In this document: positions 28,146 through 37,549 of the stretch, one piece after another
Numbering within the stretch: position 1 is the stretch's first letter
How the letters are laid out: each line of letters starts with the position of its first letter
DNA from: Patescibacteria group bacterium
GTDB taxonomy: Bacteria; Patescibacteriota; Patescibacteriia; Magasanikbacterales; GWA2-37-8
Reading direction: 5' to 3'
DNA length: 64,000 bases
Assembly (NCBI GenBank): GCA_022710645.1
Contig: JAKLGL010000001.1
Span: forward strand, 100,152 to 164,151
Position numbers and translations under genes: made by a program
The notes under the pieces: model-generated
What the model was told of the DNA's origin: nothing
Database searches by the model: none
What the model saw: only the letters and a program-made list of their open reading frames with translations

Positions 28146-28973
28146 TTAATCTAATTTTTTCTTCAACACGCAAAAAACGTTTGCCGATGGAAATTTCTGC
28201 CAAACCAAATCTTCCAAATTAATAAAAAAATTGGCGGTTTTACCCAAAGCCGACCAACCCATTCCCCGGCTTTCTTTGAGTTCACTCATACATGTTTCAT
28301 TATTATAAACAGTTGTTCCTTTTTTACGAGCCTGCATAGATGTCAGATAAAACGCCAAAACTCCGGCCATCTGTCCCAACAAATGATCTCCGTAATACAA
28401 TTTTTCCACTTTAAAACCGCATTTTTTCAATAGAATCAACAAATTTTTCCTCGACCAAAAATTGACATGACCGGCAAATTTTTTCGTTAAATCTTTTTTT
28501 AACCCGATTTTATCCAACCAAAACCAAAGAGATAAGAAATCCCCCTCGCAAGGAACTTGTAAAAAAATACTACCATCATTTTTTAAAATCCTTTTCAATT
28601 CTGTTAAAACCGCTTCCGGATTTTCGGCATGTTCCAAAACATCAAAAACAAAAATATTTTCAAAAAATTCCTCCGGATAACAAACTATTTTATCAGATTC
28701 TATCCGATCATAAATAACCCCGTCACGCTCCCCTTTAGCTTTTAAAATCGCTCTTTCACTTATATCGCAACCATAGATTTCCAAATCCGGACGTTGATTT
28801 CGAAAAGCTCTAGCAAATCTGCCGACGCCACAACCAAAATCCAATACCTTTTCTCCGGTTGAGGTTTTTTTCAAAATTTTTAAAGCTTTTTTCAAACGAA
28901 AATAAGTTGGAGAAACAAACGACAACGTCGCTTCTTCTTTTCCCCATACGTTTTGTTCATAATCAAAAATCAT
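28146..28973 (-). CDS. Class I SAM-dependent methyltransferase
   Basis: VLDFGCGVGRFA motif I, then ..DISE.., FDVLEHAENP. Confidence 0.75.
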   Translation of the reverse strand: MIFDYEQNVWGKEEATLSFVSPTYFRLKKALKILKKTSTGEKVLDFGCGVGRFARAFRNQRPDLEIYGCDISERAILKAKGERDGVIYDRIESDKIVCYPEEFFENIFVFDVLEHAENPEAVLTELKRILKNDGSIFLQVPCEGDFLSLWFWLDKIGLKKDLTKKFAGHVNFWSRKNLLILLKKCGFKVEKLYYGDHLLGQMAGVLAFYLTSMQARKKGTTVYNNETCMSELKESRGMGWSALGKTANFFINLEDLVWQKFPSANVFCVLKKKLD

Positions 28974-30091
28974 AAAATATTTTCGTAAATTCCGATTAAT
29001 TTATCTATGTGCATTTCAATACTATAGCCGAGCAATACTTTTTGTCTGGCTTTTTCCGCAATGATATTTCTTTGTTCGCCGGTATATTCAACTACACTGT
29101 TGATGGCGTCTTGCCATTTTTCTACAGTATTTTCAGGAAGAAGTATACCGTCAACACCGTTTGCAATCCGCCCTCTGATACCGGGAATATTATTGCCGAT
29201 AACCGGAATTCCGCAAGCCAACGCTTCTACCGCCGAAAGAGAAAAAGATTCATAAAAACTCGGCACACAAACAACCGTCGCTGCATTATAAATTTTTGAT
29301 AATTCCTCTTTATTTCTAACTTCTCCGTAAAAAAATACTCTATTTTGCAAATCGCTTTCTCGTACCATTTTTTTATATTTCTTTTCCGCGTATCCTCCGC
29401 CTATTATCAACAATATCGCTTCTTTACTTATTCCTTTCATAGCTCGTATCAGAACCTCTAAATTTTTGACCGGCAATAAATTTCCGACAAATAAAATTAT
29501 TTTGTTTTGCGCGTATTTTTCCAACAACGATTTGGTCAAATCGGTTTTTTCAGGTTTAAATATGTTTACATCCACGGCATTCGGCAAATATATTGATTTT
29601 AATTTGATTATTTCATTAAAAAAACGAAAACCGCGAAATCTTTCTTCATCAACATACAAAACCTTGTCTGCCACTTCAAATAATTTTTTCCCGTAAATAA
29701 AATCCAAAAAATCCCGCATTAACTTTTTTATTCCTTTTACTTGCGCATCCATGTGATAAGTAACCACCAATTTAAAACCGTATTTCTTTTTGGCATCAAT
29801 AACCGCTTTCTCCGCGCCGTAAAAAGGAAAATGAAAATGGACGATATCAAAACCTTCTAATTTTTCCGCCAAAGTACCAATCCAACCGGCGTCACCGAAT
29901 TTCAAAATCGCAGACAAACGTTCTACGCGAAAAGAAAAAAGTTCGTCGCGATATTGCATTTTTGGATAACGTAAAGAAAATACTGTCGTTTCAAATCCGC
30001 GTGATGATAAAGCGTCCGCTTCCAACAAGCAAACTTCTCCCATTCCGCCCAAATGCGGATAAAAAGTAGAGACTATATGCGCCACTTTCAT
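28970..30091 (-). CDS. Glycosyltransferase family 4
   Basis: MKVAHIVSTFYPHLGGMGE... and a C-terminal E..E GT-B donor domain. 373 aa. Confidence 0.8.
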   Translation of the reverse strand: MKVAHIVSTFYPHLGGMGEVCLLEADALSSRGFETTVFSLRYPKMQYRDELFSFRVERLSAILKFGDAGWIGTLAEKLEGFDIVHFHFPFYGAEKAVIDAKKKYGFKLVVTYHMDAQVKGIKKLMRDFLDFIYGKKLFEVADKVLYVDEERFRGFRFFNEIIKLKSIYLPNAVDVNIFKPEKTDLTKSLLEKYAQNKIILFVGNLLPVKNLEVLIRAMKGISKEAILLIIGGGYAEKKYKKMVRESDLQNRVFFYGEVRNKEELSKIYNAATVVCVPSFYESFSLSAVEALACGIPVIGNNIPGIRGRIANGVDGILLPENTVEKWQDAINSVVEYTGEQRNIIAEKARQKVLLGYSIEMHIDKLIGIYENIL

Positions 30092-30094
30092 AAA

Positions 30095-30421
30095 TTATTT
30101 ATTTTCTTCCAAGGTTTTTTCCCTGGTTATTTTGGTTATTTCGCGGTTTATTTTTTCTACTTTCACCATCAAACGAAATTGTAAATAAAATAAAGAAATG
30201 AGAGCTATGTAAATTGCCAAATCTATTCCTCGTCCGATACCTAAAATTTTAGCAAAATAAGATGCAGTATCGGGTTTTATAGCTAACATTAAACCCGCTA
30301 ACCACAACAACAGCCAACCACTCGTTTCAAAACCTGATAATTCTTTGCGTTGTCGTTTGAAATAAGTTTTTAAAATTAAAAAAATAAAAACCAAAATTAA
30401 AATTATTTGAGCAAAAATCAT
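30095..30421 (-). CDS. Small membrane protein (DUF2304-like, of the kind typically paired with DPM-synthase-like GT2)
   Basis: 108 aa, three TM helices, directly downstream of the GT2 gene. Confidence 0.4.
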   Translation of the reverse strand: MIFAQIILILVFIFLILKTYFKRQRKELSGFETSGWLLLWLAGLMLAIKPDTASYFAKILGIGRGIDLAIYIALISLFYLQFRLMVKVEKINREITKITREKTLEENK

Positions 30422-30425
30422 AAAA

Positions 30426-31088
30426 TTATTTTACAAAAAAATTAAACAACAAGTCTTTTAATATTTCCAATCCCCCTTTCCAACCCTGCCCATATCTCTC
30501 ATAACCGACCGTAACCGGAATTTCGGAAAATTTCAAATCAAATTTATTTATTTGAGCGATTATCTCCGTATTATGCGCCATCTTATCTTGAGTAATCGTT
30601 ATCTTTTCCAACCCTTCTCTTTTGAAAATACGAAAACCGTTGTGCGCATCGGTCAATTTCACTCCGGTAAAAAATCTGTTCACCAATCTGGCAAAAGGTA
30701 AAATAAAATATCTTTTGGAAAAAGGAATTTGCGGATTTTTTTTCAAAAATCTCGAACCAAGAACTACATCCAACTTTTCATCACGTAATTTTAACAGGGC
30801 TTTGGCTATGTCTTCAGGATCAAATTGTCCGTCAGCATCAAAGTCAACCACTTCTTGCGCCCCTTTTTTCAAAACAAATTCATGACCGGTTTGTAAGGCT
30901 GCCCCCTGACCGCGATTGACAGTATGTTTCAAAACCAAAACTCCGGCTTTTTTTGCTTGTTCCAAAGTATCATCTTGTGAACCATCGTCAACCACGACTA
31001 TATTTTGGTAGCCGCAATTTCGAAGTTCGGAAATTGTTTGCAAAATTTTTTTTCCTTCATTGTAAGCCGGAACAACAATCCAAATCAT
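30426..31088 (-). CDS. Glycosyltransferase family 2 (polyprenol-phosphate sugar synthase-like)
   Basis: IWIVVPAYNEGKKI..VVVDDGSQDDT..; short, 220 aa, DPM1-like. Confidence 0.8.
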   Translation of the reverse strand: MIWIVVPAYNEGKKILQTISELRNCGYQNIVVVDDGSQDDTLEQAKKAGVLVLKHTVNRGQGAALQTGHEFVLKKGAQEVVDFDADGQFDPEDIAKALLKLRDEKLDVVLGSRFLKKNPQIPFSKRYFILPFARLVNRFFTGVKLTDAHNGFRIFKREGLEKITITQDKMAHNTEIIAQINKFDLKFSEIPVTVGYERYGQGWKGGLEILKDLLFNFFVK

Positions 31089-31091
31089 AAA

Positions 31092-32114
31092 TTATTTTAT
31101 ATTACCGTAAAGCAACGCTTCTTTATTCGCTGCTACATATTCTATGGTTTTTTCCAAACCGTCCGGAAGCCGCACGAGCGGCATCCAGCCCAAAACCTTT
31201 TTCACATATTGCAAATCCGGCGCTCCTTTACGAGTCAAAAATAACAAAGGTTCCTCAAAAACTATTTTCGATTTGGAGCCGGTCATTTTAATTATCATTT
31301 TGGCAATATCTTCCACCAAATAAATTTCATCAGCTCCGAGATTTACCACGTTTATCCCCATCTCGCTAGACATCAAATCGCAAAGTCCGGTTATAATATC
31401 TGAAACATAACACAAAGAAGTGGAAAGTTTTTTATCTCCATAAATAACCAAATCTTTATCATCTAACGCATTAATAATAAAATCCGGAATCAACAAACCT
31501 TGAAATAAATGCATTTTGGGTCCGTAAGTGGTAAAAATCCTGGCAATCTTAGCATCCAGTCCGTAAAACTCGCGATATGTTTGAATACAGGTTTCGGCAA
31601 AACGCTTACCCTCGTCATAGCAAGCTCGTGGCGATAATTGATTCACCTCTCCCAAATCAGTTTCCTTAAACACGTTTTTTTTGTCCGTAGCTTCGCCATA
31701 GACTACCGAACTGCCGGCAAAAACATATTTAGCGCGATATTTGACGGCCAATTCCAAAGTATTTATAACCGCGGTTGAGTTGGCTTGCAAAGAATGAATT
31801 TTTAACTTTTCAAAATCTTTCGGACTGGTCGGACAAGCCAAATGATATATTTCTTGAATACCCTGATATTTCAATTTGAATTTATTCAACTCGTCAAAAT
31901 CTTCCAGGTTAATAGGTTGATTGATATCCCAATTTATAAATTCAAAATCCGGATATTGTAATAGATGATTGATATTTTGCGGATCGGAATTGGAAAAATC
32001 ATCCAAACAAATAACGTTGGCTTCTTTGAGTAAGCGTTCGCATAAATGCGAACCGATAAAACCGGCGCCGCCGGTCACTAAAATATTTTTCTTTTCAAAG
32101 ATAACATTTTCCAT
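31092..32114 (-). CDS. NAD-dependent epimerase/dehydratase (UDP-glucuronate decarboxylase/UDP-xylose synthase-like SDR)
   Basis: ILVTGGAGFIGSHLCERL, and YDEGKR (YxxxK). Confidence 0.8.
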   Translation of the reverse strand: MENVIFEKKNILVTGGAGFIGSHLCERLLKEANVICLDDFSNSDPQNINHLLQYPDFEFINWDINQPINLEDFDELNKFKLKYQGIQEIYHLACPTSPKDFEKLKIHSLQANSTAVINTLELAVKYRAKYVFAGSSVVYGEATDKKNVFKETDLGEVNQLSPRACYDEGKRFAETCIQTYREFYGLDAKIARIFTTYGPKMHLFQGLLIPDFIINALDDKDLVIYGDKKLSTSLCYVSDIITGLCDLMSSEMGINVVNLGADEIYLVEDIAKMIIKMTGSKSKIVFEEPLLFLTRKGAPDLQYVKKVLGWMPLVRLPDGLEKTIEYVAANKEALLYGNIK

Positions 32115-32123
32115 ATTTAATTT

Positions 32124-34097
32124 TTATTCAACCGTGCCGATAATATTCGGCAAGGAGTAATTTTTTAAATTTTTTCCTTGAGAATTTTTGACCGCATAAT
32201 CTCCTTTGGTCAGATTAAACCGAAAGATATTTTGAAACAAACTGTCCTGATATTTTCCCAACATCAGATACCATTTGCCGCTTTTTTTCTCCAGATTTTC
32301 TTTATAAAAACTCAAACTATTCCAATCTACCACATACATATTTGCTCCCGTTGTATTACGACTGACAAAAACCAACTGATCTCCTTGCAGACTGTCGACA
32401 TGTCCGACTTTAAAAGAGTCTAGAGTTGTAATATTGTTTAATTTTAATTCCGAAATAACATTTCCACCCCAATCTATCTCGCGCAACATCAAACTTTTTC
32501 CGGTTAATACGGCTACGTATAAAAATATATCATTGGTTTCCCAACCGGCGGCTTTACCAATCACACCGAATTCATTCAGATATTTACCATGCCAATTATA
32601 TTTTACGAATTTGGTAACTTTTTGAGAAGGATAATACTTACTCAAAACAAAATTGATTTGTTTATTTTCATCAACATCAAATTTAACCCCGGTAAATTCA
32701 TAATTTATCTTCCCTTTTTTAACTAAGGTAAAATCCCTGGCCAAAGCGCCGGTTCCGGTATAAACTTGCAAAGAATAAGTTTCGCCTTTTTGTAAAATTA
32801 TTACCAATTCACGCACACCATCATCATTCACATCGTAAGAAGAAAGGGTTATAACTTTGCCGACAAGCTTAACTACGGATTTTTGTTCCGCTTTTTCCAA
32901 ATCATAACGCAATATTTCGGCATTGTTATTTTTTCCATTTCGAAAGAAATAAAAACCATCCAGACTATCAAGGGCCATCCTACTGCCAAAAGCTATTTCC
33001 GCCGCTTTTCCGATATTCAATCTTTTATATAATTTTGCTCCTTTGCTATTGATATCAAAATACAAATCATCGGCGGTTTGAATCAGGTTATCTTTTATTT
33101 GTCGCGGTGTCCACTCGGGATGCAAACTTTTTATCAAAGCTGCGGCGCCGGAAATATATGCTGTGGAAAAAGACGTCCCTTGCCAAGGTCCGCCAAACTC
33201 TTCATAAAAACCGTATTGGGGAGCAAATCTTTGTAAGCTGTAAATTTTTTCTCCGGGAGCCAAAATATCCACACAAGATCCGTAAGCGGCAAAATAACTC
33301 AAAACGTCTTTTTCATTTACAGAAGAAACTCCCATAATCCAATTTTCTTCACCCATATCATAACAAGCCGGATAAGTTAAATTTTTATTTTCATCACTAT
33401 AAAATACTTGCCCGTTATTCCCGGCTGCAGCTACAATAAAAACACCTCGGCTGTAAGCGCGACGTAAAACTTCTTTGAAATTTTCATCCGGTTCACTGCC
33501 GACAAAACTGAGATTGATGATTTGTGCCCCGTTTTCAACGGCATAATTGATAGCTCTGGCTATATCACTGTAACTTCCGGTACCGTTACTATTTACGGCG
33601 CGAAGTGGCATAATACTGACGTTCCAATTCAAACCTGCACCATCTGATTTATTATCACTTACCGCACCGATGATACCGGCGATTATCGTACCGTGCGACA
33701 CTGCTTCTTTGTCTATATCTTTATCAAAAACGCTAACGCGCGGATCATTATTCTCTTCTACGAAATTCCAACCGTGTATATCGTCTACATAACCGTTTCC
33801 GTCATCATCAAAATTGTTATCCGGAATTTCATTGGTATTGGTCCAAATATTTTTTTCCAAATCAGGGTGCCAAGTATCCACACCGATATCTATAACCGCT
33901 ACGATAATTTTTTGGTTGCCAGTGGTGAAATCCCAAGCCCGCGGCGCGCCTATTTGTTGCCAAATAATTTTTTGTTTTTCATACAAAACATCATTTGGTT
34001 CTTTGGCTGATGATAGTTCGGGAATAAAAAACAAAACCGCAACCAAAAATACGGCCGCAATTGATTTTTTTGTTAAATTGGGATAAAATTCAAACAT
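32124..34097 (-). CDS. Secreted subtilisin-like serine protease (S8) with a C-terminal beta-rich domain
   Basis: Signal peptide; VAVIDIGVD (Asp), SHGTIIAGIIGA (His), GTSFSTAYISGAAALI (Ser). Confidence 0.85.
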   Translation of the reverse strand: MFEFYPNLTKKSIAAVFLVAVLFFIPELSSAKEPNDVLYEKQKIIWQQIGAPRAWDFTTGNQKIIVAVIDIGVDTWHPDLEKNIWTNTNEIPDNNFDDDGNGYVDDIHGWNFVEENNDPRVSVFDKDIDKEAVSHGTIIAGIIGAVSDNKSDGAGLNWNVSIMPLRAVNSNGTGSYSDIARAINYAVENGAQIINLSFVGSEPDENFKEVLRRAYSRGVFIVAAAGNNGQVFYSDENKNLTYPACYDMGEENWIMGVSSVNEKDVLSYFAAYGSCVDILAPGEKIYSLQRFAPQYGFYEEFGGPWQGTSFSTAYISGAAALIKSLHPEWTPRQIKDNLIQTADDLYFDINSKGAKLYKRLNIGKAAEIAFGSRMALDSLDGFYFFRNGKNNNAEILRYDLEKAEQKSVVKLVGKVITLSSYDVNDDGVRELVIILQKGETYSLQVYTGTGALARDFTLVKKGKINYEFTGVKFDVDENKQINFVLSKYYPSQKVTKFVKYNWHGKYLNEFGVIGKAAGWETNDIFLYVAVLTGKSLMLREIDWGGNVISELKLNNITTLDSFKVGHVDSLQGDQLVFVSRNTTGANMYVVDWNSLSFYKENLEKKSGKWYLMLGKYQDSLFQNIFRFNLTKGDYAVKNSQGKNLKNYSLPNIIGTVE

Positions 34098-34148
34098 ACT
34101 AAGGTCTTTTTTATTATATCAAAAAAATAAGGACAAAACAACTGTTTT

Positions 34149-35528
34149 ATGCTCTACCGCTTTAAACAATTTATTATTCTCTTTGGAGACTTGATTTTGC
34201 TTTATTTAAGCTTATTTTTAGCATTGTTGATTCGTTATCAACAACATCCTTGGAATCGCTTTTCAGAACTATTAAGCGATTTTTTACCTTTGTTTTTGAT
34301 CGGCGCGGTTATTTTTTATATCGCCAGCTTATACGATATAAGTAAAAAGCGTTCTTGGGGTGAGTTGTTACAAGCTTCTCTGTTATCCTGTCTGGCCTGG
34401 ATGTTTTTCGGCTTCGCTTACTTTTATTTTCAACAAAGTCCGGTCGGAAGCCCAAAAACGATACTTTTTTTAACCGCTGTTTTTTACGCTTTTTTAACCG
34501 CTTTATGGAGGCAGATACATTTGCATTATTTAGCTAAAAACGTTTTAAACACCAAAACAATAATCATAGGCATCACTCCGGCATCTTTGGAAACAGCCGA
34601 AATTTTACATCGCGAACCTGAACGCGGGTACGAACTTTGCGGATTTGTAGAAAACGATCCTGATAAAAAACTTTCTTCCGAACTTTCCGTTTATCCCGTA
34701 TTTTCCACTATTTCCGCTTTAAAAGAAAAATGCAAAAAAATAAATCTTATCGTTTTTTGTCCGGAAAATACAGGCAAAGAAGAATTGGCCGCGGAAATTT
34801 ACACGGAATTTTTTTCCGGAGCCGGGATTTCAAATCTTTCTGATTTTTATGAAAAACTTTTCGGCCGTCTACCGCCATTTGTTTTTTCACAAACTTGGTT
34901 TTTAAACAATCTGCCGGAACAAGAAAAGAAAATATATGATCGCGTGAAGATAATTTTGGATTATGGCGCGGCAGTTTTGATGGGTTTATTTTTTATAATC
35001 ACTTTTCCTATTGTCGCTTTTTTAATCAAAACCACTTCTCAAGGTCCCCTATTTTTTACCCAAACCAGAACCGGAATATTCGGTAAATCTTTCAAAATGT
35101 ATAAATACCGCACCATGCGAGCATTGAACTCCGACGGTAGCGCCGAAACATCCGGTCCGCAATACGCGCAAAAAAAAGATGTTCGCATTACAGCGGTCGG
35201 AAAATTTTTACGAGCCACCCGTATAGACGAAATTCCGCAATTTATCAATATTCTCAAAAACGAAATGTCTCTCATTGGTCCTCGACCAGAAAGACCGGAA
35301 TTTGTAGAAGAATTAATCAAGGCTCTGCCTTATTATCGTTTGCGTCATCTCACTAAACCCGGACTCACCGGCTGGGCGCAACTTCATAATTCTTATTACG
35401 GCAGTATTGAAGAAAACCTCAAAAAATTGGAATACGACTTATACTATATCAAACACCGCAGTCCGATGTTGGATCTCATGATTATACTCAAAACTGTGGC
35501 AGTGGTGCTCAAGATGATGGGGAGATAA
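34149..35528 (+). CDS. Polyprenyl-phosphate sugar phosphotransferase (WbaP/bacterial sugar transferase family)
   Basis: Four N-terminal TM helices and a C-terminal catalytic domain (KMYKYRTM, RIDEIPQFINILKNEMSLIGPRPERPEF). Confidence 0.85.
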   Translation: MLYRFKQFIILFGDLILLYLSLFLALLIRYQQHPWNRFSELLSDFLPLFLIGAVIFYIASLYDISKKRSWGELLQASLLSCLAWMFFGFAYFYFQQSPVGSPKTILFLTAVFYAFLTALWRQIHLHYLAKNVLNTKTIIIGITPASLETAEILHREPERGYELCGFVENDPDKKLSSELSVYPVFSTISALKEKCKKINLIVFCPENTGKEELAAEIYTEFFSGAGISNLSDFYEKLFGRLPPFVFSQTWFLNNLPEQEKKIYDRVKIILDYGAAVLMGLFFIITFPIVAFLIKTTSQGPLFFTQTRTGIFGKSFKMYKYRTMRALNSDGSAETSGPQYAQKKDVRITAVGKFLRATRIDEIPQFINILKNEMSLIGPRPERPEFVEELIKALPYYRLRHLTKPGLTGWAQLHNSYYGSIEENLKKLEYDLYYIKHRSPMLDLMIILKTVAVVLKMMGR

Positions 35529-35535
35529 AAAAATA

Positions 35536-35558
35536 ACTCGCGAAAGCGAGTATTTTTT
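35536..35558 (+). terminator. Intrinsic terminator of the sugar phosphotransferase gene
   Basis: ACTCGCgaaaGCGAGTattttttatttt, with a GNRA loop. Confidence 0.65.
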
Positions 35559-35565
35559 ATTTTAC

Positions 35566-36130
35566 TCTCATGTCTCCCCTAAATTATCCGACATCCTTCG
35601 CTTGTAATAGTATTATTTTTTTCTTTAATCCACTTTTTGTAACCAAAAACTGGAGGAAAAAGTTTCCTCGCGGTTGAACCAACTAAAGCAGAGTTGTCTT
35701 CTTCGCTGTCTCTTTTGTTCAAAACTCGACCTCCTGTCTACAACAGGAGGTCTCAAACAGTTGAACAAATTTTGCTATAAGGCAAAACCGCTCCAGCTCA
35801 TCGCAACTGCTAATTATTTGGTTCAAATGCGAGGACTTCCGAACCGTTGGCCAACGGTCACGAAGGCGAACATTTAAAAATACGAACAAATTTTGTTAAG
35901 GAGCGAAGCGTTAAGAAATTCTACTGTTTGATCCGCCTCAGGCGGAGAGTTTAGAATTTTAGCGTAGCGACCTTTACAAAATTGTGAGGATTTTTAACAG
36001 TGAGCGATTTTCTTTCTGTCCACTTTCTTATTAAAAAGAAAGTGGACGAAAACCGCGATAGCAGAATGAAAGTATTTAGAAAAGTTGAACGTTGGAATAA
36101 TTTGGAATAATAAAGGAGATATTTTAAAAT
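35566..36130. ncRNA. Candidate structured non-coding RNA or regulatory region (unclassified)
   Basis: About 560 nt with no credible ORF, enclosed by terminators on both sides. Several perfect hairpins: GACCTCCTGTctacaaACAGGAGGTC, GTCCACTTTCTTattaaaaAGAAAGTGGAC, GGAGGAAAaagTTTCCTC, TTTTGCtataagGCAAAA and CCGCCtcaGGCGG. GAACAAATTTTGnTAAGG occurs twice, and GTTGAAC/GTTCAAA elements recur. Confidence 0.3.
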
Positions 36131-36157
36131 AAAAAAAGACCGGCTGTGGTGCCGGTC
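36131..36157 (-). terminator. Intrinsic terminator of the 71-aa gene
   Basis: Minus strand: GACCGGCaccacaGCCGGTCtttttttatttt. Confidence 0.6.
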
Positions 36158-36173
36158 AGTATTAATACATCAT

Positions 36174-36389
36174 TCATTTTTCTTTTCTTCCACATATCTT
36201 CCTCCATTGCAAGTTAAAATTTTCAACAACCCTTCTTCTTTTTATTATTTTTCTAATCAACCTGATTAAAAGAACACTTTGTCCACTATTCCTAAGATAG
36301 ACTATGAAGTCCCTTTCTGATTTGAGATTTCCTTTTGCTATTTCATAGCATTTATTTAAAATCTCTTCAGCATATTTTTTACCTGTCAT
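36174..36389 (-). CDS. Hypothetical small basic protein (71 aa)
   Basis: Lys/Arg-rich C-terminus (IIKRRRVVENFNLQWRKICGRKEK). Own promoter-like TTGACAAAAG...TAGGTT and own terminator. AGA/AGG Arg codons are unusual for the neighbourhood. Confidence 0.4.
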   Translation of the reverse strand: MTGKKYAEEILNKCYEIAKGNLKSERDFIVYLRNSGQSVLLIRLIRKIIKRRRVVENFNLQWRKICGRKEK

Positions 36390-36467
36390 CTTTCAATCTC
36401 CTTCTTGAAATATTAATAAATTTGTAATGAACACCAAATTAACCTATCAGAAATAGAGGCTTTTGTC

Positions 36468-36493
36468 AATAAAACCACCCTTTCAGGTGGCTT
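36468..36493 (-). terminator. Intrinsic terminator of rlmN
   Basis: Minus strand: aaaaGCCACCtgaaagGGTGGttttatt. Confidence 0.6.
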
Positions 36494-36503
36494 TTACTGT
36501 TTA

Positions 36504-37541
36504 TTAGCTTATCTGATCGTTCCTCAACTGTCCACAAGCCGCGGCAATATCCTGTCCCTGCGACAAACGAATAGTTACTGTAAATCCACTATCCATCAAC
36601 TTCTTTTGCCATTTTTTTAAGATCTCCATATCCGAACCGACAAATATTCCAGTCGTGTCATTATACGGAATCAAGTTTATTCTTACTCGGCCGAGTTTGC
36701 TTGCCAATTTTATCAACGCTTTTAAATTTTTATCATCATCATTAATCCCGGATAAAAATGAATATTCCAAACCGATAAATTGAGTGCGACTGGTAAATTT
36801 TGCGTGATACTGTTTTGACCAATCTATCAAAAACTCAAAAAAATTATCCGCGTGGCTGGGCATCAGTTTTTTTCTTATTTCCGGTATTGCACTATGAAGC
36901 GATAGAGCAAATCGCACCGGCGGAAAATCCGAATCTTCAATCATTTTTTTCATTCCCGGGATTACCCCGCAAGTGGACATGGTGATTTTACTTTGGCCTA
37001 TTTTCCCGTATTTTATAAATAAATTTAACGCTTCTTTGACATTGTCATAATTAAGCAGAGGTTCGCCTTGTCCCATAAGCACGATATTATCCACTTCTCC
37101 CCCGTCTTTTTCAGCCAGATGTCTTTGCCAAAAACGATATTGATCTACCAATTCATCTACGGATAAATTTCTTTTGAAACCCATTTTACCGGTCGCGCAA
37201 AAAGCGCAATTCATCGGACAACCGACTTGAGTGGACAAACAAATCGTATAACGAAATTCATTTTCTCTGGTTTCTCTTTTATTAACCCTACCCATCAATA
37301 CGGTTTCTATGGTTTGCCCGTCGGATAATTCCAAAAGCGCTTTGACAGTATTTCCGTCTTTACTTTTTTGCAATAAAATCGGTTTTACGGATAACCAAGG
37401 AAAATCTTTTATCTTTTCTCGCAAATCTTTTGACAAAGTTGTTATTTGATCATACGAATTCAAATGCGAATCAAATTTTCCTTGCCAAATTTGATCTTGT
37501 TTATAACGAGGTTGATTTTGCAACAATTCTTTCAAGTTCAT
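36504..37541 (-). CDS. rlmN: 23S rRNA/tRNA (adenine-C2)-methyltransferase RlmN (radical SAM)
   Basis: CPMNCAFCATG cluster, the Cys in MSTCGV, and RlmN/Cfr-family length and motif order. Confidence 0.9.
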   Translation of the reverse strand: MNLKELLQNQPRYKQDQIWQGKFDSHLNSYDQITTLSKDLREKIKDFPWLSVKPILLQKSKDGNTVKALLELSDGQTIETVLMGRVNKRETRENEFRYTICLSTQVGCPMNCAFCATGKMGFKRNLSVDELVDQYRFWQRHLAEKDGGEVDNIVLMGQGEPLLNYDNVKEALNLFIKYGKIGQSKITMSTCGVIPGMKKMIEDSDFPPVRFALSLHSAIPEIRKKLMPSHADNFFEFLIDWSKQYHAKFTSRTQFIGLEYSFLSGINDDDKNLKALIKLASKLGRVRINLIPYNDTTGIFVGSDMEILKKWQKKLMDSGFTVTIRLSQGQDIAAACGQLRNDQIS

Positions 37542-37549
37542 AATTTTAT

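Noticed and set aside
35674-35877. 67-aa plus-strand ORF in the hairpin-rich non-coding region
   Set aside because: The translation is Cys/Leu-rich with no start context, and the region is better explained as structured RNA or regulatory DNA.
35566-36130. tmRNA, RNase P RNA or SRP RNA identity for the non-coding region
   Set aside because: I found no tag-peptide reading frame ending in ...AA-stop, no tRNA-like T-arm or acceptor 3' end, no GGAAAGUCCGG / ACAGAAnCCGGCUUA P4 strands, and no SRP domain-IV motif on either strand. It is left unclassified.
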